Notes: generated by a model from the letters alone, not told the origin. A stretch of 64,000 nucleotides of DNA from Octopus vulgaris (GCA_951406725.2 OX597818.1:36084001-36148000), one strand, 5' to 3'. Positions 1 to 14,881 are shown, counted from the first letter of the stretch. Made by a program: numbers and translations.

Positions 1-40
1 GATTCAGCAAGCTGGCCGCCTTAATTGGGATAATAATAAT

Positions 41-205
41 CCTTTCTACAATAGACACAAAGCATGAAAGTTGGCGGGAGGCGACTAGTCGATTACATCA
101 TTGTGTCCCTGGTGTTTCACTGGTACTTAATTTATCGACCCCGAAATGATGAAAAGCAAAGTCGACCTCGGCGGAAATTGAACTCAGGACGTAAAGACGA
201 AAGAA
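41..205 (-). mobile_element. tRNA-derived SINE, family B (partial)
   Basis: Contains GGTACTTAATTTATCGACCCCGAAA..GTCGACCTCGGCGGAA.TTGAACTCAG, shared with more than 10 other copies in the window; the reverse strand has a B-box-like GAGTTCAA. Confidence 0.75.
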
Positions 206-232
206 ATCCCGTTAGGGATAACAATAATAATG

Positions 233-297
<65 letters not shown>

Positions 298-370
298 TAT
301 AATAATAATAATGATGATGATGATAATGATAATAACCATAATAATAATAATAATTAATAATAATAATAAC

Positions 371-427
<57 letters not shown>

Positions 428-475
428 TTTTTTTTTTAGACATTCATTAGTACAACACCCCCACCCACCCCCCAA

Positions 476-610
476 ATATATGGCACACTAGGCATAACAA
501 CAACATGAACTTCCAACCCTGTTGTCTCTTGAGGTCTCTGGGTGAGACTTGGAGCCAACTTGTACACATATAAAGCAAAAGTCAAACATAGAATAATAAT
601 AATAATAAAC
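476..610 (+). mobile_element. 3' end of R4/Dong-type non-LTR retrotransposon ending in (TAA)n
   Basis: GAGGT.TCTGGGTGAGACTTGG.GCCAA..TGTA..AAAAGTCAAACATA followed by (TAA)n; homologous to 52538-52660; directly abuts an R4-type RT fragment. Confidence 0.55.
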
Positions 611-1682
611 AGCATATTCCCTAATGACCAGAAAGGATGTAAACGTGGATCCTACGGTTGTAAAGATCAACTACTCATCAATAAGATGATCTTAGAAGAT
701 TGTCACAAACGACACAAAAACTTATCAATAGCCTGGATAGACTACAAAATGGCTTTTGATAGCCTACCACAGCTGGATTAAGAAATGCCTGGAAATGTAT
801 AAGATAGCACCTACTCTGCGAAACTTTTTGACTGTATGAGATCATGGAGAACCACACTAACTTTGAACAGTGACAATGAATCCCTAAATGCTGGTGATGT
901 AAAAATTTCATGTGGCATTTTCCAGGGTGACTCACTGTCACCACTCCTCTTTTGTTTAGCCTTAATACCTCTCTCAAAACTGCTCAATGACGCGCAGTAC
1001 GGGTATAAAATGTTTGATAAAAATATAAATCATCTCATTTACATGGATGATTTAAAGCTTTTTGCAAAAAATGACCAACAACTCAAGGGCTTACTAGCGA
1101 TAGTTAAACAATTCAGTGACGACATCAGAATGCAATTTGGCCTCGATAAGTGTGCAAAAGCTACCTTTATCAAAGGAAAAACGACAGAAACATCTAACGT
1201 TAACTTTGACCAGCAGAATGTCATAAAAGAACTAGACCCAGCGGAGAGCTACAAGTACCTAGGGGTAATTGAAGGGGACGGAATATGGCATTCAGAGATG
1301 AAGGAAAGGATCAGGAGAGAATGTTATCGAAGAGTGAAAGCAATACTCAAGACAGAGCAGAATGCAAGAAACAGGATCGAAGCGATCAATGCATTAGCCA
1401 TACCAGTCGTGACTTACAATTTCAATATCGTTAACTGGTCAATTACTGAAATATGTCAGCTTGACAGAAAAATACGAAAACTGTTGACAATGCATAGAAT
1501 GCACCACCCTAAGGCAGATACAGAACGACTTTATCTGCCAAGAAAAGAGGGAGTCCGTGGTCTTTTACAACTGGCAATAACAATGAAGATTGCTACAATT
1601 AGCCTAGACACCTACCTGAAAAACTGAGGACTGGATGTTAAAACTTGTCTCAAAACAAGAAAACAAGAAAGCATCATACTCA
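611..1682 (+). pseudogene. Non-LTR retrotransposon reverse transcriptase fragment, R4/Dong (RLE) clade-like, frameshifted
   Basis: ORFs 542-781 and 836-1627 give [62 protein letters not shown] and HHPKADTERLYLPRKEG. Frameshift near 770-780, stop at 1627, 3' end interrupted by a SINE. Confidence 0.88.
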
Positions 1683-1975
1683 GGACTGAAAATTGGTGGG
1701 AGGAGAACAGTCGACTAAATCGATCCCCAGTGTTTCCCAGGTACTTAATTTATCGACTCCTAAAGGATAAAAGGCAAAGCCGACCTCAGGCGAGCTGGCA
1801 GAAACGTTATCACGCCGGGCGAAATGCGTAGCCATACTTCGTCTGCCGTTACGTTCTGAGTTCAAATTCTGCCGAGGTCGACTTTGCCTTTCATCCTTTC
1901 GGAGTCGATTGAATAAGTACCAGTTACGCACTGGGTTCGATATAATCGACTTAATCCGTTTGTCCCCCACACTAA
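1683..1975. mobile_element. Two family-B SINE pieces in inverted orientation (minus ~1683-1788, plus ~1789-1975)
   Basis: The plus copy starts GGCGAGCTGGCAGAAACG (A-box-like) and has GAGTTCAAATTC (B box); the upstream piece is the reverse complement of the same core. Confidence 0.75.
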
Positions 1976-1981
1976 ATATTA

Positions 1982-2033
<52 letters not shown>

Positions 2034-2061
2034 CATTATTATTATTATTGTTATTATTATT

Positions 2062-2154
<93 letters not shown>

Positions 2155-2709
2155 GAGTGAGAGTAGTTCATGCCATCAAAGTGACACTGGGGTAAAATAT
2201 ACGAAGCCCAATATACCCATCATGACTACCCGTCTGATAAGGGTACACCAGGCACATGCATCACAACCATATGTGCGCGACATGGTGATCTCATATCAAG
2301 ATAAACAGCACATGACCTTGCTGGTGGGGCCCAGTTAGAATTTTCTTCAGGTTGAGTAGCCCATCCCGCTCAAACGGTCCCTGAATAAGGATTGTTTAAG
2401 GATGTTTTTGAAAGAACCACCCGTGTTTCGAGAGGTGAATTATTCAAACCCCAAAGAATCCCTCTCAACACATAGCTATGATGCTCCCCCACTACTTCTG
2501 CTCGTGATCAGAGATGCACATATCGTCAGCCACTAGGGGACATTCTCAACTGGTTAAGGTCAAACAACTGACAAGCAAATCTGTGGTATTGAGCAGAATA
2601 TTTGCTGTAGCCCATCTTTTATACTAAGACAAAACAATGTACATTATAACACTTCCAATCAGTTAAGATCAGAAGCCATGAGAGCCACTGCCTGGTACTG
2701 CATCAGGGC

Positions 2710-2711
<2 letters not shown>
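2155..2711 (-). mobile_element. ~550-bp non-coding element embedded in (TAA)n, copy 1 (longest)
   Basis: Highly similar to 25365-25830 and 55214-55718; all share the TGAGTGAGAG end and are flanked by (ATT)n on both sides. Confidence 0.8.
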
Positions 2712-2761
<50 letters not shown>

Positions 2762-2780
2762 GTTGTTGTTGTTGTTGTTG

Positions 2781-2813
<33 letters not shown>

Positions 2814-2815
2814 GT

Positions 2816-2855
<40 letters not shown>

Positions 2856-3628
2856 CGTAGTAGTAGTGGTGCAAACGTCAATCCATGAGATAAACAGTAT
2901 CTCTGCCTATGCATGTATGTGTGCATGTGTGCGCGCGTGCACGCGTGTGTATGTGCGTATGTGAGTACTCAAATATTAACCTATAGAAGTAATGAACGTG
3001 TCACATTATATGTGTATATATTACAAAGTGCATGGAATACATATTATATACACATACATATATACTAATATAGTAACATAGTCAAACATGATGCATTTGT
3101 GCGCAACATATGCATTACATACACAAATATATACAACTGTCTGGTTTGTGAGTGTGTGTGTGTATGTGTGTGTGTGTGTGTGTGTATGTGTGTGTGGATA
3201 TAGTGTGAAGATGTCTATATAGGAGTATATATGCGTGTATGTGTATGTGTGTGTATCTGTGTGTATACGGACACGTAATCGATTATTGTCACTTATACTA
3301 TAGAACCTATATGAGGGAAGAAAAAAAAATCGTAAATCGATCTGCACGTGATTGCCACACAGCAGTATCACGTATGGATATTATACGCATGTAATATGTG
3401 TGTGTAAATTGGTGTGGCTCTGCGCGTGTATAATACGCATGTATATGTACACACACACACACACACACACATACACATTCATATATATATATGTATGTAT
3501 GTAGAAACACAGTAAATAAAACTAACTTCTCGAGGATATATATATATATATATATACATATTTGATTAATTTAAGCAACACAAGTTACTAAGGAATTAAA
3601 GGACAACGAAACGTTTCGGCCCTTGATT

Positions 3629-3674
<46 letters not shown>

Positions 3675-3913
3675 TGAGCGTGTGTGAATGCTTAGATGTT
3701 ATTATTCACAAACTGGACTACACAGTGAGTGGGGGAGTCAAATTTTTTGTGAAGGTCACATTGCCTGGGACTTGAAGTTTCACCTAACAGCATATTCGAA
3801 CAGTATGCAAGTGTAAGTCGTATGGATGCGTACACGCAAGCAGGTGTGTATGTATGCATGTATGTATGCATGTATGTATGTATGTATGTATGTATGTATG
3901 TATGTATGTATGC

Positions 3914-3980
<67 letters not shown>

Positions 3981-4007
3981 GTATGTATGTATGAATATGT
4001 ATATATA

Positions 4008-4544
4008 TCTACATACATATTAATAAAAGCGAAATTTTGTCTGTCCATCTGGGACCCCTATATCTCAGGTTACATTTGCTCTAAATAGACATATTAAGCC
4101 GTTTTGGAATTAGGTTGAAAATCTGCCCTTCATATGGTTCTTTGACCTCCAGCATTGGGATCTGATTTAAAAGCATTTGGGCTGCTATTTCTAGATGGTA
4201 ATTTTAGGTCGATTCACGCTATCTTAGTTACCTTTCGTCAGATGACGTCAGAGATCAAGGGGGATATATTCACTTCGTTAATTTTACATCGAGATCAGAA
4301 CTATGGGACGAAATTGGTCATCAGTTGGAATTCAAAATGGGACTAATTGAAACAATAGAAGGATTGCATTACAGAATTAATTCTCATCCGTCTTTAACCT
4401 CTGATTAAACACCACCGGAGCATATAGTCGTTATAGACGTATTATAATCATACAATGTAGCTTCCTTAGTTTGGGGCTGCAGGCCCAATAGCGCTCTGTT
4501 GGAGCCAGCTTAAAAGTTCACATGGAGTACGGCTTTTAAACTAG
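4008..4544 (+). mobile_element. Possible non-autonomous Helitron remnant
   Basis: Starts A|TCTACATACATATTAATAAAAGCG..TTTGTCTGTC (Helitron-like 5' end) and ends at CTAG|T; the 3' hairpin is weak. Confidence 0.35.
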
Positions 4545-4784
4545 TGTATTAAAAAGTAAAAGGGGATAGAATGCTTCTACTACGACTCACCAACAATCAA
4601 AAGGAAACGAAATTTCGACATCATGTGATTTTTTTACAAGAAAAGTTTGTAACTTTCCAGAAGTGATACCATGAAAGATTAATTTAATTTAATTTAATTT
4701 AATTCTATTTATTCCAGTTTATATTCCTTTTTATTTCAGCGTGACTACATCGTGTTTCTAAACGCATTAAACCGGTAGCATATA

Positions 4785-5190
4785 CTCTTTTACTCTTTTA
4801 CTTGTTTCAGTCATTTGACTGCGGCCATGCTGGAGCACCACCTTTAATCGAGCAACTCGACCCCGGGACTTATTCTTTGTAAGCCCAGTACTTATTCTAT
4901 CGGTCTCTTTTTGCCGAACCGCTAAGTGACGGGGACATAAACACACCAGCATCGGTTGTCAAGCGATGCTAGGGGGACAAACACAAACATACACGCACAC
5001 ACACATATACATATATACACATATATACGACGGGCTTCTTTCAGTTTCCGTCTACCAAATCCACTCACAAGGTTTTGGTCGGCCCGAGGCTATAGTAGAA
5101 GACACTTGCCCAAGGTGCCACGCAGTGGGACTGAACCCAGAACCATGTGGTTCGTAAGCAAGCTACTTACCACACAGCCACTCCTACGCC
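4785..5190 (-). mobile_element. tRNA-derived SINE, family A (CORE-like centre, internal TA/TG microsatellite)
   Basis: Reverse strand: GGAGTGGCTGTGTGG (A box), GGTTCAGTCCC (B box), ACCTTGGGCAAGTG, tail (GTAAAAGA)n; about 11 copies in the window. Confidence 0.85.
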
Positions 5191-6029
5191 TATCTTGATA
5201 ATAATATAAATACTTTGTTTATCGAGTATAAAATCCTCAAAACACTTTTTTTTCTAATATATGTGTAAACATGTAAGTATATGTACGGCTTCTCCCTACA
5301 CACACACACACACACATACACACACACATACATACATACAAATATAGTGTGAGTTTGGAGGAATGTATCATCTAGGCAGATACCGTGGTGGCTCTCAGTT
5401 ATGTTCCAGTTTACAGCTAATCGCATTAATTAGTATTTAACGTCTATGACTACTATTAGTTGTCATTAACACTGTAAATTCCTTCGATGGGTAATTCTGT
5501 GTTCGCTTCATTAGACAGTAATATTTCCCTTAAGTGTATATTAACAATAATTAACAATAATTATAATGGTATAGAACATGGAGACTCATTCATCCTCAAA
5601 ATTTATTTCCTCTTTTTTACAGTTTTATACGGCATATTTTTATAGTCATTATGATCTACACAAGTTTCCACTCCATTGATTACGGGTAGTTGGAGATGCG
5701 AAGGAAAATGGATGCTTTCAGTTCCAAAGTTGAACAAATACTCGCGTCAAGTATTCAACCATTCTCTCTTATCATGGATTTACCTAAGGAATTCTCGATC
5801 TAACTGCGTCTAATTGGATTTTTATTCCTTTCTGGACTTAATGAACCACAACAACTACTATTGATGAGGAACTTCCTTCCACGGTTGTATATGTTTAACT
5901 TTTCTCTCTCCGATGACGGTATACTCAGCATATGGACTCTTCGCTCGACACGATATTCCAACAGCTGGGATATCCTAGAAACAGTTGTCGGGAACTATCT
6001 AAACATTTTATTACATAGCTAAATTAAAT

Positions 6030-6247
6030 GTCCTTGCCGAGGCTTACCAAATTGTTTGCCTTTTCTAGTCTACTTTAATCTATACCTACTGACTCAAGGG
6101 GAAGCCACTTCTAGCCGCTTCGGACCAAGCAGTCACAAAATTATAGCTTCGACTGCATTTCAACCGGAATTTTAGTGGCACCCCTATTTGAGCACTCAGA
6201 GGGCGTACCTATTAGTCTGAGTCACCCTCACGAAAAGTCGCCGTATC

Positions 6248-6250
<3 letters not shown>
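6030..6250 (+). repeat. Old dispersed repeat, diverged copy of 60620-60840
   Basis: Shared blocks CTTTAATCTATACC.ACTGACTCAA, GGAATTTTAG, CACTCAGAG.GCGTAC.TATTA, TGAGTCACCCT.ACGAAAA and the common end GTATCTTT. Confidence 0.6.
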
Positions 6251-6301
<51 letters not shown>

Positions 6302-6953
6302 GTATGTATGTATATATGTGTGTATGTACGTATGTATATGTGTTTGTGCATTTATGTGGTCATAGGGAATTTATAGCCATAGTAAATTTGGGGTTTGGGA
6401 GAGTATCTGACAGTAATTAATTTATCATCAGCAGCTAGAACTTAACTGTCAATTCTTAGTGGTTTTAATTCTTGGTGGACGTGGTATACTAGCTGCATTA
6501 GACATTTTGATGGTGATAAGGAGATAGAAAAAATGGAAGCTTATAACCATCTCATGACACCCCATTGTTATTCTCTTCTGCCACTCCAAATTATAATTAG
6601 GGTATTTTCCTCCATAAGTTCATTCTGCCACAATAATAGTCCTGATGGAATATTTGCTAAAAATTATAATGGAGTATATTGTATGTTGAAAACCTGTATG
6701 GTCACATACATTCGCAGATGGCGGGGTATTTCAAATTGATGTAATGCTTGCATTGTTCGATTAAATAAAGCCGCCTGAAACGGCCGTAATGCACTAATAC
6801 CTTGACATCCTTGTTACTTACTCTTTTACTTGTTTCAGTCATTTGACTGCGGCCATGTTGGAGCTGCTTTTTACTCACTTTACTTCGAGCTGTATTGATA
6901 ATACCGGACTGGCTTTGTGCCTAATTCAACTGAATTCAACTGAATCTTAATTA

Positions 6954-7040
<87 letters not shown>

Positions 7041-7195
7041 TGGTAAAAACGGTAAGATAATAAAAGAAAGAAAGAGACCTCAATATTATGTAAATAGAAG
7101 AAATTTATACCCTACATTTTGTGAAGGGGTTAACATGATCAGTAACATCTTTCTGTCTGTGTTTAATGTCATTCAACCTAATGATGTTAGAACAC

Positions 7196-7232
<37 letters not shown>

Positions 7233-7449
7233 TAGATAGATAGATAGATATATGACCAATTCTCATCCCCACATTTTCACACCTACACATACATACATAC
7301 ACGCACATGACCAGACCACCAGCTCTCTTTCACACGCACATACATACTCTCTTATACACACACGCACCTTCGTGTTGGGGGAGTCATCTTTACTTTGTTA
7401 TCTCCCCTACTTCTTCGCTCTCGTGTGTGACCCTTCTGTCCGAAATCAG

Positions 7450-7641
7450 TCGCCATGATAGATCGTTAGCCACTACACACATCTTTTTCTCTCCTTGTTT
7501 TTTTTCTGTGTTCCTTACTGTAGAAGAGCGTAGGCTCGAAACATAAAAGACTTTTTCTATTCCTGAGCGTTATACTAATACGTCTGTTTGTTTTGTACAC
7601 CACCTGTCTTCGTCTTTTGTTGTTTTTTCGTAAGCTCTCCC
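7450..7641 (+). mobile_element. (TA)n-associated short element with hammerhead-like motif (family H1), Penelope-like terminus
   Basis: CTGTAGA-A-GAGC-gtag-GCTC-GAAACAT-A-AAAGA at 7518-7550; homologous to 24265-24472, 38025-38168 and 60377-60585; ends CTCTCCC|TATATA. Confidence 0.65.
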
Positions 7642-7645
7642 TATA

Positions 7646-7681
<36 letters not shown>

Positions 7682-7734
7682 TGTATGTATGTATGTATGT
7701 ATGTATGTATGTATGTATGTATGTATTATGTATG

Positions 7735-7768
<34 letters not shown>

Positions 7769-8085
7769 TGTATGTATGTATGTATGTATGTATGTATGTA
7801 TGCATGCATGTATGTATAGTTAGAAATATAAATAAATATACTTGTCACGTGGTAAGATCATACACCCTTTTATATTATGTTAGAACTGGACACTTTCTGT
7901 TTACTGCAGATGAAATGCTGTATCACCTAATTATTCGTAAATTATATCAATATTTGTCGAGTTCTTCATTCAGAAATATCTCGCTATGACTAATTATAAT
8001 GAACCCTGTTACCTAGTACATATTTTTCAGGTTATTGACTATAAACATACAGAAAACACACAGGCACACATGTCTATTTGTCTGT

Positions 8086-8152
<67 letters not shown>

Positions 8153-8226
8153 ATCTGTCCGTCTATCTATCGATCTGTCTGTCTATCTATCGATCTGTCG
8201 GTCTATCTATCTATCTATCTGTCTGT

Positions 8227-8280
<54 letters not shown>

Positions 8281-8375
8281 ATCTTTCTATCTATCTATTT
8301 TCTGTCTCTGTATTTATATGCACACACACACTCGTACACACATGCACCCACACACAAACAAACTCCTCTCTCTCT

Positions 8376-8418
<43 letters not shown>

Positions 8419-11065
8419 AAAAGGAACATCGATAACGTTACCGATATTTTATGCTTTATATAATGTACACGTTTTTCTGGAAGCCGACCGCCGTTAAATA
8501 CGTATATCTGTAAGCTCAATTGCGCATCCCATTGCAACTACTTTACACATTAGCGTATTTCATTGGATGATGAGTCAAGGTCTTCATTTTATAAAGACCT
8601 AAACATAAGAAATTGACAGAAAAAACAAGAATTAATCGTATAACTGCGCGTATATCGATAACGATGTCTTCCATCCATATCGACGCTATATCGAACTCTT
8701 AGTTTTAGTATTAGATTTATATATGGAAAATATAGTACAATATAGTACAATATAGACAAAAATATAGTACAATATAGACAAAAAGTCTAACAGTTGATAT
8801 AATAAGGTACAAAACAGACACAGATTATATATTAGAACGATTTATGATGCATGGTCATACGTTTCTTTTTGTGAAATTCGTCAAACGAATTAAAAGTTGG
8901 AATAGGTAGAGGGATTTGTATTTGATTGTGTGAAAACATCTAGGATGCATTAGGAGTTTATAATTTCCAAATTTTGAACTTTCATTCATTTATGTTTCAA
9001 ATTAAAACAGAAATATTTGAAAATAGATACAAGCATGTCTGTTACAAGAAGTTTCAGACAAAAGGGCCCTACCATAGAACATGCACAAACGGGAAGCACA
9101 AACGAGATCAAATAAAATCTGCATAGCTAAAGTTGTATAATGAAGAAGGATTAGTGAGCGAGAAATGAAAAAGGTAACGATAATTGTAAGTGAAAGGAAT
9201 GGATGAGCAAAAGATATTGCAATATAAATGAAAGGAAAATGAATGCCTTAAACTGTGACAAGATATTAACCAGTGGCACAAATATATTAGATCTATAAGT
9301 ATGTATATAGTACAGTATCTAGTGCCCAAAAGGAACAAAAAACATCAATTATTAAACTAAGTAGAATACAGTAAAATTACCTAATAATCATGACATGCTG
9401 ACCAGAGAAAGATTCTAGCTTTTTACACCGCCTGAAGAGGAAAATAGTCCTTGAAACACAACCTTCTGTGATTGAAGGTTTTCTGTGAGATAATATCATG
9501 GTATTTTCTTTATATTGTGCATCAGAGTTTAGGTTTTTCTTCCATTTTTTAGACTGTGTCGCAGCCCTACATATTTGCTAATTTGTTTCAATAGTTGTTG
9601 ATTAATTTTGGCGAATAACACCAAGCTAAGAATGTGAAGTACGCATATTTCTTTTTATGTGTATGCAAATATAAAAAATAGACAGATAAATAAATAGATT
9701 AGTGCACATGGCATTTTGACTGGCATTGACTGCTTAACATTTTTATAAAAGAGAATACTGCGTAAGGAGAGGCAGATTTTTATAGGGAGCGAGAAGATTG
9801 TTGTAAGACAGGATAAGAAAGGAAGAAATGAAGAAAGGAAGATAGAAATGAAGAAAGGAAGAAAGGAAGAAAGTAAGGTAGAAAGAAAGAAAAAAGAAAG
9901 AAGAGAGAAAGAAAGAAGAAAGAGAGAAAGAAAGAAGAAAGAGAGAAAGAAAGAAGAAAGGAAAGGAGAAAGAAGACAAAGTGAAGAAGAGCATGTGAAA
10001 TGAAGAGTCGGGATAAATGAATAAATGAAGAAAAAGTGAAGGAAAAGAAGAATGGAAGAAGACCGAAGAAGAAGAGATGAAGAAACGGGAAGAAAAGAAA
10101 TTAAGAGAAGAAAGTAGTTAAGGAAGATGTAAGGAAGAAAAAGTGAAAGCAGAAAGTTTAAAGAAATACAGATCGAGAAGGTTAAAACAAGAGAGAGGTG
10201 AATAGAGAGAGAGGGCGAAGAAAGGGAGAGAGAGAGAGAGAGAGAGGAAAGTGATGGCGTTATCTGCAAAAGTAAAATAAGTAAAAAAACTTAGGTGCAT
10301 TATGTATCATCCTGGTCAGGAGTGAGAGAGATAAAGGTGGTAAGACCAGTTCAGATAGAGAGGGGAGCGATACGTAATTAGTTCCAGAAAACAGCTTTAA
10401 ACAGAAAGAGAGTGGGTGGTGAATGGGTGATTAATAAAGAGCACAATATGTGGGAGGTTAGAAAAATATATCTTGGTGTAGCAAAGGTGAAGCGAGGGAG
10501 TGATAGGGATAATTATAGTCAAAATGGTTAATAATTAAAAAATAATAAACGGAGTTTACATAGACATAACAATATGGTAAGACGTTTTACCTCCCAAACA
10601 CATTATTTCGGCTTCAGTCCCATTGCGCGGCACCTTGGACTAGTGTCTTCTACTAAAGCCACGGGCCGACCAAAGCGTTGTAGACAGGAAAACCGTGTCT
10701 GCGTCTTTGTGTCTGTATTCGCCCCCACCACGTATGCAAAGCAAAGATAATCACGGCGGGACACTATCTCAGGTCGTAAAGAGTCAGGATGTAATGTCTG
10801 GGAGTTCAACAAGTTTTCCATGCGAAAATTAATAAGGGAGAAGAATAATGGAGCGGAATACAGTAAGGAGAGTGTGTAGAGAGTTCAAATTCACATGCCT
10901 GGAAATCATTCCAGTATTCATCCAAGGTTTAGTCATGATTGCCGATGTTCCAGTATTCTACTTAACTGCGACAGGTGAGGGTACCGACCCTTCCAGGCCC
11001 TACAGAGAGGGCTGAAGAAGGCTCAGATGCATACAACCTCTCCATGGTTTGACTACTGCTACGTG

Positions 11066-11358
11066 GAGGCGCAATGGCCCAGTGGTTAGGGCAGGGGACT
11101 TGCGGTCGTAGGATCGCGGTTTCGATTCCCAGACCGGGCGTTGTGAGTGTTTATTGAGCGAAAACACCTAAAGCCCCACGAGGCTCCGGCAAGGGGTGGT
11201 GGTGATCCCTGCTGTACTCTTTCACCACAACTTTCTCTCACTCTTTCATCTGTTGCCCTGCTCGCTTAGCCAACGGGGTGGCGTCATTGAAGGCTAAAAC
11301 AATGTGACAAGTGATGTGTAGCAACATCTGATGGACTGGTCGGTCACGTGATCACGTG
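11066..11358 (+). mobile_element. tRNA-derived SINE, family D
   Basis: GGCGCAATGGCCCAGTGGTTAGG (A box), GGTTTCGATTCCC (B box), tail TCACGTGATCACGTGA running into (TA)n. Confidence 0.7.
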
Positions 11359-11436
<78 letters not shown>

Positions 11437-11437
<1 letters not shown>

Positions 11438-11768
11438 AAGGCGCATGGCTCAGTGGTTAGAGCGTCGAGCTTACGATCGTGAGGTTGTGAGCTCGAATCC
11501 CGGACCGGGCTGCGTGTTGTGTTCTCGAGCAAGGCACTTTATTTCACGTTGCTCCAGTTCACTCAGCTGTAGAAATGAGTTGCGACGTCACTGGTGCCAA
11601 GCTGTATCGACCTTTGTCTTTCCCTTGGATAACACTGGTGGCTGGTATGCATGGGCGACTGCTGGTCTTCCATAAACAACCTTGCCCGGACTTGTGTCTA
11701 GGAGGGTAACTTTCTAGGTGCAATCCCATGGTCATTCATGACCGAAGGGGATCTTTACCCTTACCCTT
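11437..11768 (+). mobile_element. tRNA-derived SINE, family C
   Basis: TGGCTCAGTGG (A box), GAGCTCGAATCC (B box), GAGCAAGGCACTTTATTTCACGTTGCTCCAG core, (TTACCC) tail; near-identical head at 52170. Confidence 0.85.
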
Positions 11769-12229
11769 ATATATATATATACACACACAACGACCTCGAA
11801 CGCACAAGAGTAAACAACAGACAGAGACAGACAGAAACAAGGAAAAGGCCCCTCGTATTTTAATACTATGCAAATATTCTTTGAAAAAAACTTTTCCTTT
11901 AATTTTTCCAAAATTTAATTGTTTTCCATACTTACAGTTGGAAAAGTCTCAATGAATGAAACCGGTACTGAAATTCTTTTTATAAAATTATTTTAGCATT
12001 TTCTACCTTGACTTTTTTCCATATATATGTATATATATTATATATATATATATATATATATGAATGAGTGTGTGTTTGTATACATATAAATGTGTGCGTG
12101 CGTGTATGTGCATACGTGTATGCGTATGCATGTGTATATAATTATATATGAGTGTGTGTGTGTGTGTGTGTGTGCATACACTTTCGCAAACTAATTAATC
12201 TTCAATTTTATTTTTTTTACCAGTTCCTG

Positions 12230-12299
12230 CTTATTTCCGTCTCTTCACATCTCATTTCTCTCACTCCCTCTCACCTTCCCCCTCACCCCCGTCACTCTC

Positions 12300-12330
<31 letters not shown>

Positions 12331-12494
12331 GTCTGTCTATTTCTCCCTCTCTCCCCCTCTCTGTGTACATCGAAGCACACAAACTTATATGCTTATAAGT
12401 ATGTATATATATGTATATAGATATGTGCATGTGTGTATGTCTGTCTGTGCACACGCGTAAGTACATATACATATACATGAACACACACGCATAG

Positions 12495-12537
<43 letters not shown>

Positions 12538-13346
12538 CACAAATATACATAGCATTCTGATGCACGATATATTCTCAGCATTTCATTGGTTGATATCTCA
12601 CCATCTTTCCGTATCTCGCTCTCACCTCCAGTCCCTACCTCCCTTTTTCTACCTTTCTCTCACTCTCTCTCTCCCTCACTTCCCTCTCTCCCTCCCCCTC
12701 ACTTCCCTCTCTCTCTCTCTCTCCTTTTCTCTCTCTTGTTTCTCTTTTATGGCTTTCATTTAAACCCACTTTTCTCACACGTTCGTTGCTGCTTAGTTTT
12801 TATGAATTATCATCCATCTTTTTCATTCATATATTTGTAACTCCTTTATTTTTCAATACTTTTTCTCTACAGCCCTTTCACTGACGAAAACTTTTCTTTT
12901 GTTTTTTGTTTTTTCGCTTTATATTTTGTTCCATTTTATTTCATTCGTTCTTTTTTTTTTTAAAACGCTTTTATTTATTTCTTAAAATTCTTTCACGATT
13001 TCCTCTTATTAGGAGGACTCTTTACTTCCTTCCACTTCCTTCTCGATCTCTCTTCCCGCCTTCCTCCCCTTTCTCTCTCTCTCTCTCTCTCCTTCTCTCC
13101 CTTTCTTTCCCTCTTTCTCTCTGCTCATTCAACTTCGACAGCTTTCTTTTCTCGTTTTCCAACTCTTGTTGTTCTGCTTTCATTCTCTCCTTTTCTCATT
13201 TTCTTTCTCCTTTTCTTCTTCCCCCTCCTCCTCATTTTTCCCCTTCTTCTTGTTCTTGTTCTTGTTCTTGTTCTTCTTCTTCTTGTTCTTCTTCTTCTTC
13301 TTCTCCTCCTCCTCCTCCTGCTTCTTCTTCTTCTTCTTCTTCTTCC

Positions 13347-13377
<31 letters not shown>

Positions 13378-13467
13378 CTTCTTCTTCTTCTAATTTTACT
13401 ACTATTACTTCTACTTTCCTCCTCTTTCTTCCTCATGATACTTCATCATTCTTTCTCTTTCTTCTTT

Positions 13468-13499
<32 letters not shown>

Positions 13500-14828
13500 T
13501 ATCCCTCCTCCTCCTCCTCCTCCCTCGTTCTTTCTTTCTCTCTCTTTCTCTCTGTCTCACTTTTTTTCTCTTTGTCTCTCTCCCTCTCCTCTGTGTTCAT
13601 TCAACTTTTTGTTCCTCCTTTTTCTCTCCTTTTTCTCATTTTCTTTCTCCTCCTGTTCCTCCTCCTCCTCCCTCTTCTAATTTTTACTACTATTACTTCT
13701 CCTTTCCTTCTTTTTCTTCTTTATCATCATCATGATTATCTCTCCTCCTCCTTCCTTCTCTCTCTCTCTCTCTCTCTATCTCTGCCTCGCTTTGTTTCTC
13801 TTGTCTCTGTTTATTCAACTTTGACATCCCTATCTCTCTTTTCACTTCTCTTCCTTATCTCATCCTTCTCACCACCTCGTTATCCCCTTCCTTCTCCTCC
13901 TCCACGTTGTTCTGTTCCTTCTCTTTCTCCTCATCGTCGTCCTCTTCTTCTTTTTCTCTCTTAATTCTCTTCCATCAATTTTTTTACAGTCTCCTCTCGA
14001 AATATTCTAACTTATCACGCACACACACACACCCATACACTCACATACACACATATACACACACACAAACTCACGCACATACGCTCACTCACACACAAAC
14101 TCACGCACATACGCTCACTCACACACACACTCATTTACACACACACTCACACACACACATGCACACATACACACACACACACACGCTCACACACGCTCAT
14201 GCTCACTCACACACACACTCACACGTACAAATACACACACACACATACAAACACACACACTCACACACACGCACGCACATGCGCGTGCCTTGGTGCTATC
14301 CTCTCGTTCTTTCCTTCTCTTTAATTCTCCCTAATTTCTTGACCTTTCTAATCTTTCCCCCCTTCCTCCGCCCCCCTCCCACTACACCCCATGAATTCCT
14401 CCACCTTCGTTTCTTCCTACATTATCTCATTCTCTCGACTCCTTCTCCGTTTTGTCCTCTTTTTCTTTCCCTCTCGGTCTCCTTCTCACCCTCTTCCTAC
14501 CCTCTTCCTACCCTCTTCCTCCCTTTCAGTTATGCTTTCTTTAATTTTATCATTGCCTTTTTGCTGTTTTCTCTTACTCTCCCACTCTCTGTCTGTCTGT
14601 GTCACACACACATACATACATACACACACACACACACACGAACTCACACACACGCATAAACATAGACACTTACACACACACTCTCACGCACCGATATACA
14701 CTCACACTCACTCTCACGCACACATTCTGTGTCTGTCTGTCTGCCTGTCTGTCTGATTCTGTCTTTGTCTGTCTCTCTCCCCCCTCTTTCTTTCTCTCTT
14801 CCCCCCTCTCTCTCTGTCTCTCTGTCTC

Positions 14829-14881
<53 letters not shown>

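Noticed and set aside
4956-5198. Recurrent ORF ..ASFSFRLPNPLTR..GYSRRHLPK.. (also 45077, 55794, 62320)
   Set aside because: Antisense translation of SINE family A; the recurrence reflects repeat copies, not a gene family.
9426-9490. CTGAAGA..GAAAC hammerhead-like string
   Set aside because: Stem II is offset from GAAA and no convincing stem I or III closure was found; at best a decayed relic.
10300-11060. Possible decayed LINE 3' region on the minus strand
   Set aside because: No diagnostic RT motif was readable; too degraded to support.
11437-11510. tRNA-like sequence (also 52170, 11066)
   Set aside because: A/B boxes are present, but the sequence continues into a SINE body shared by multiple copies and lacks a proper acceptor stem; these are SINE heads, not tRNA genes.
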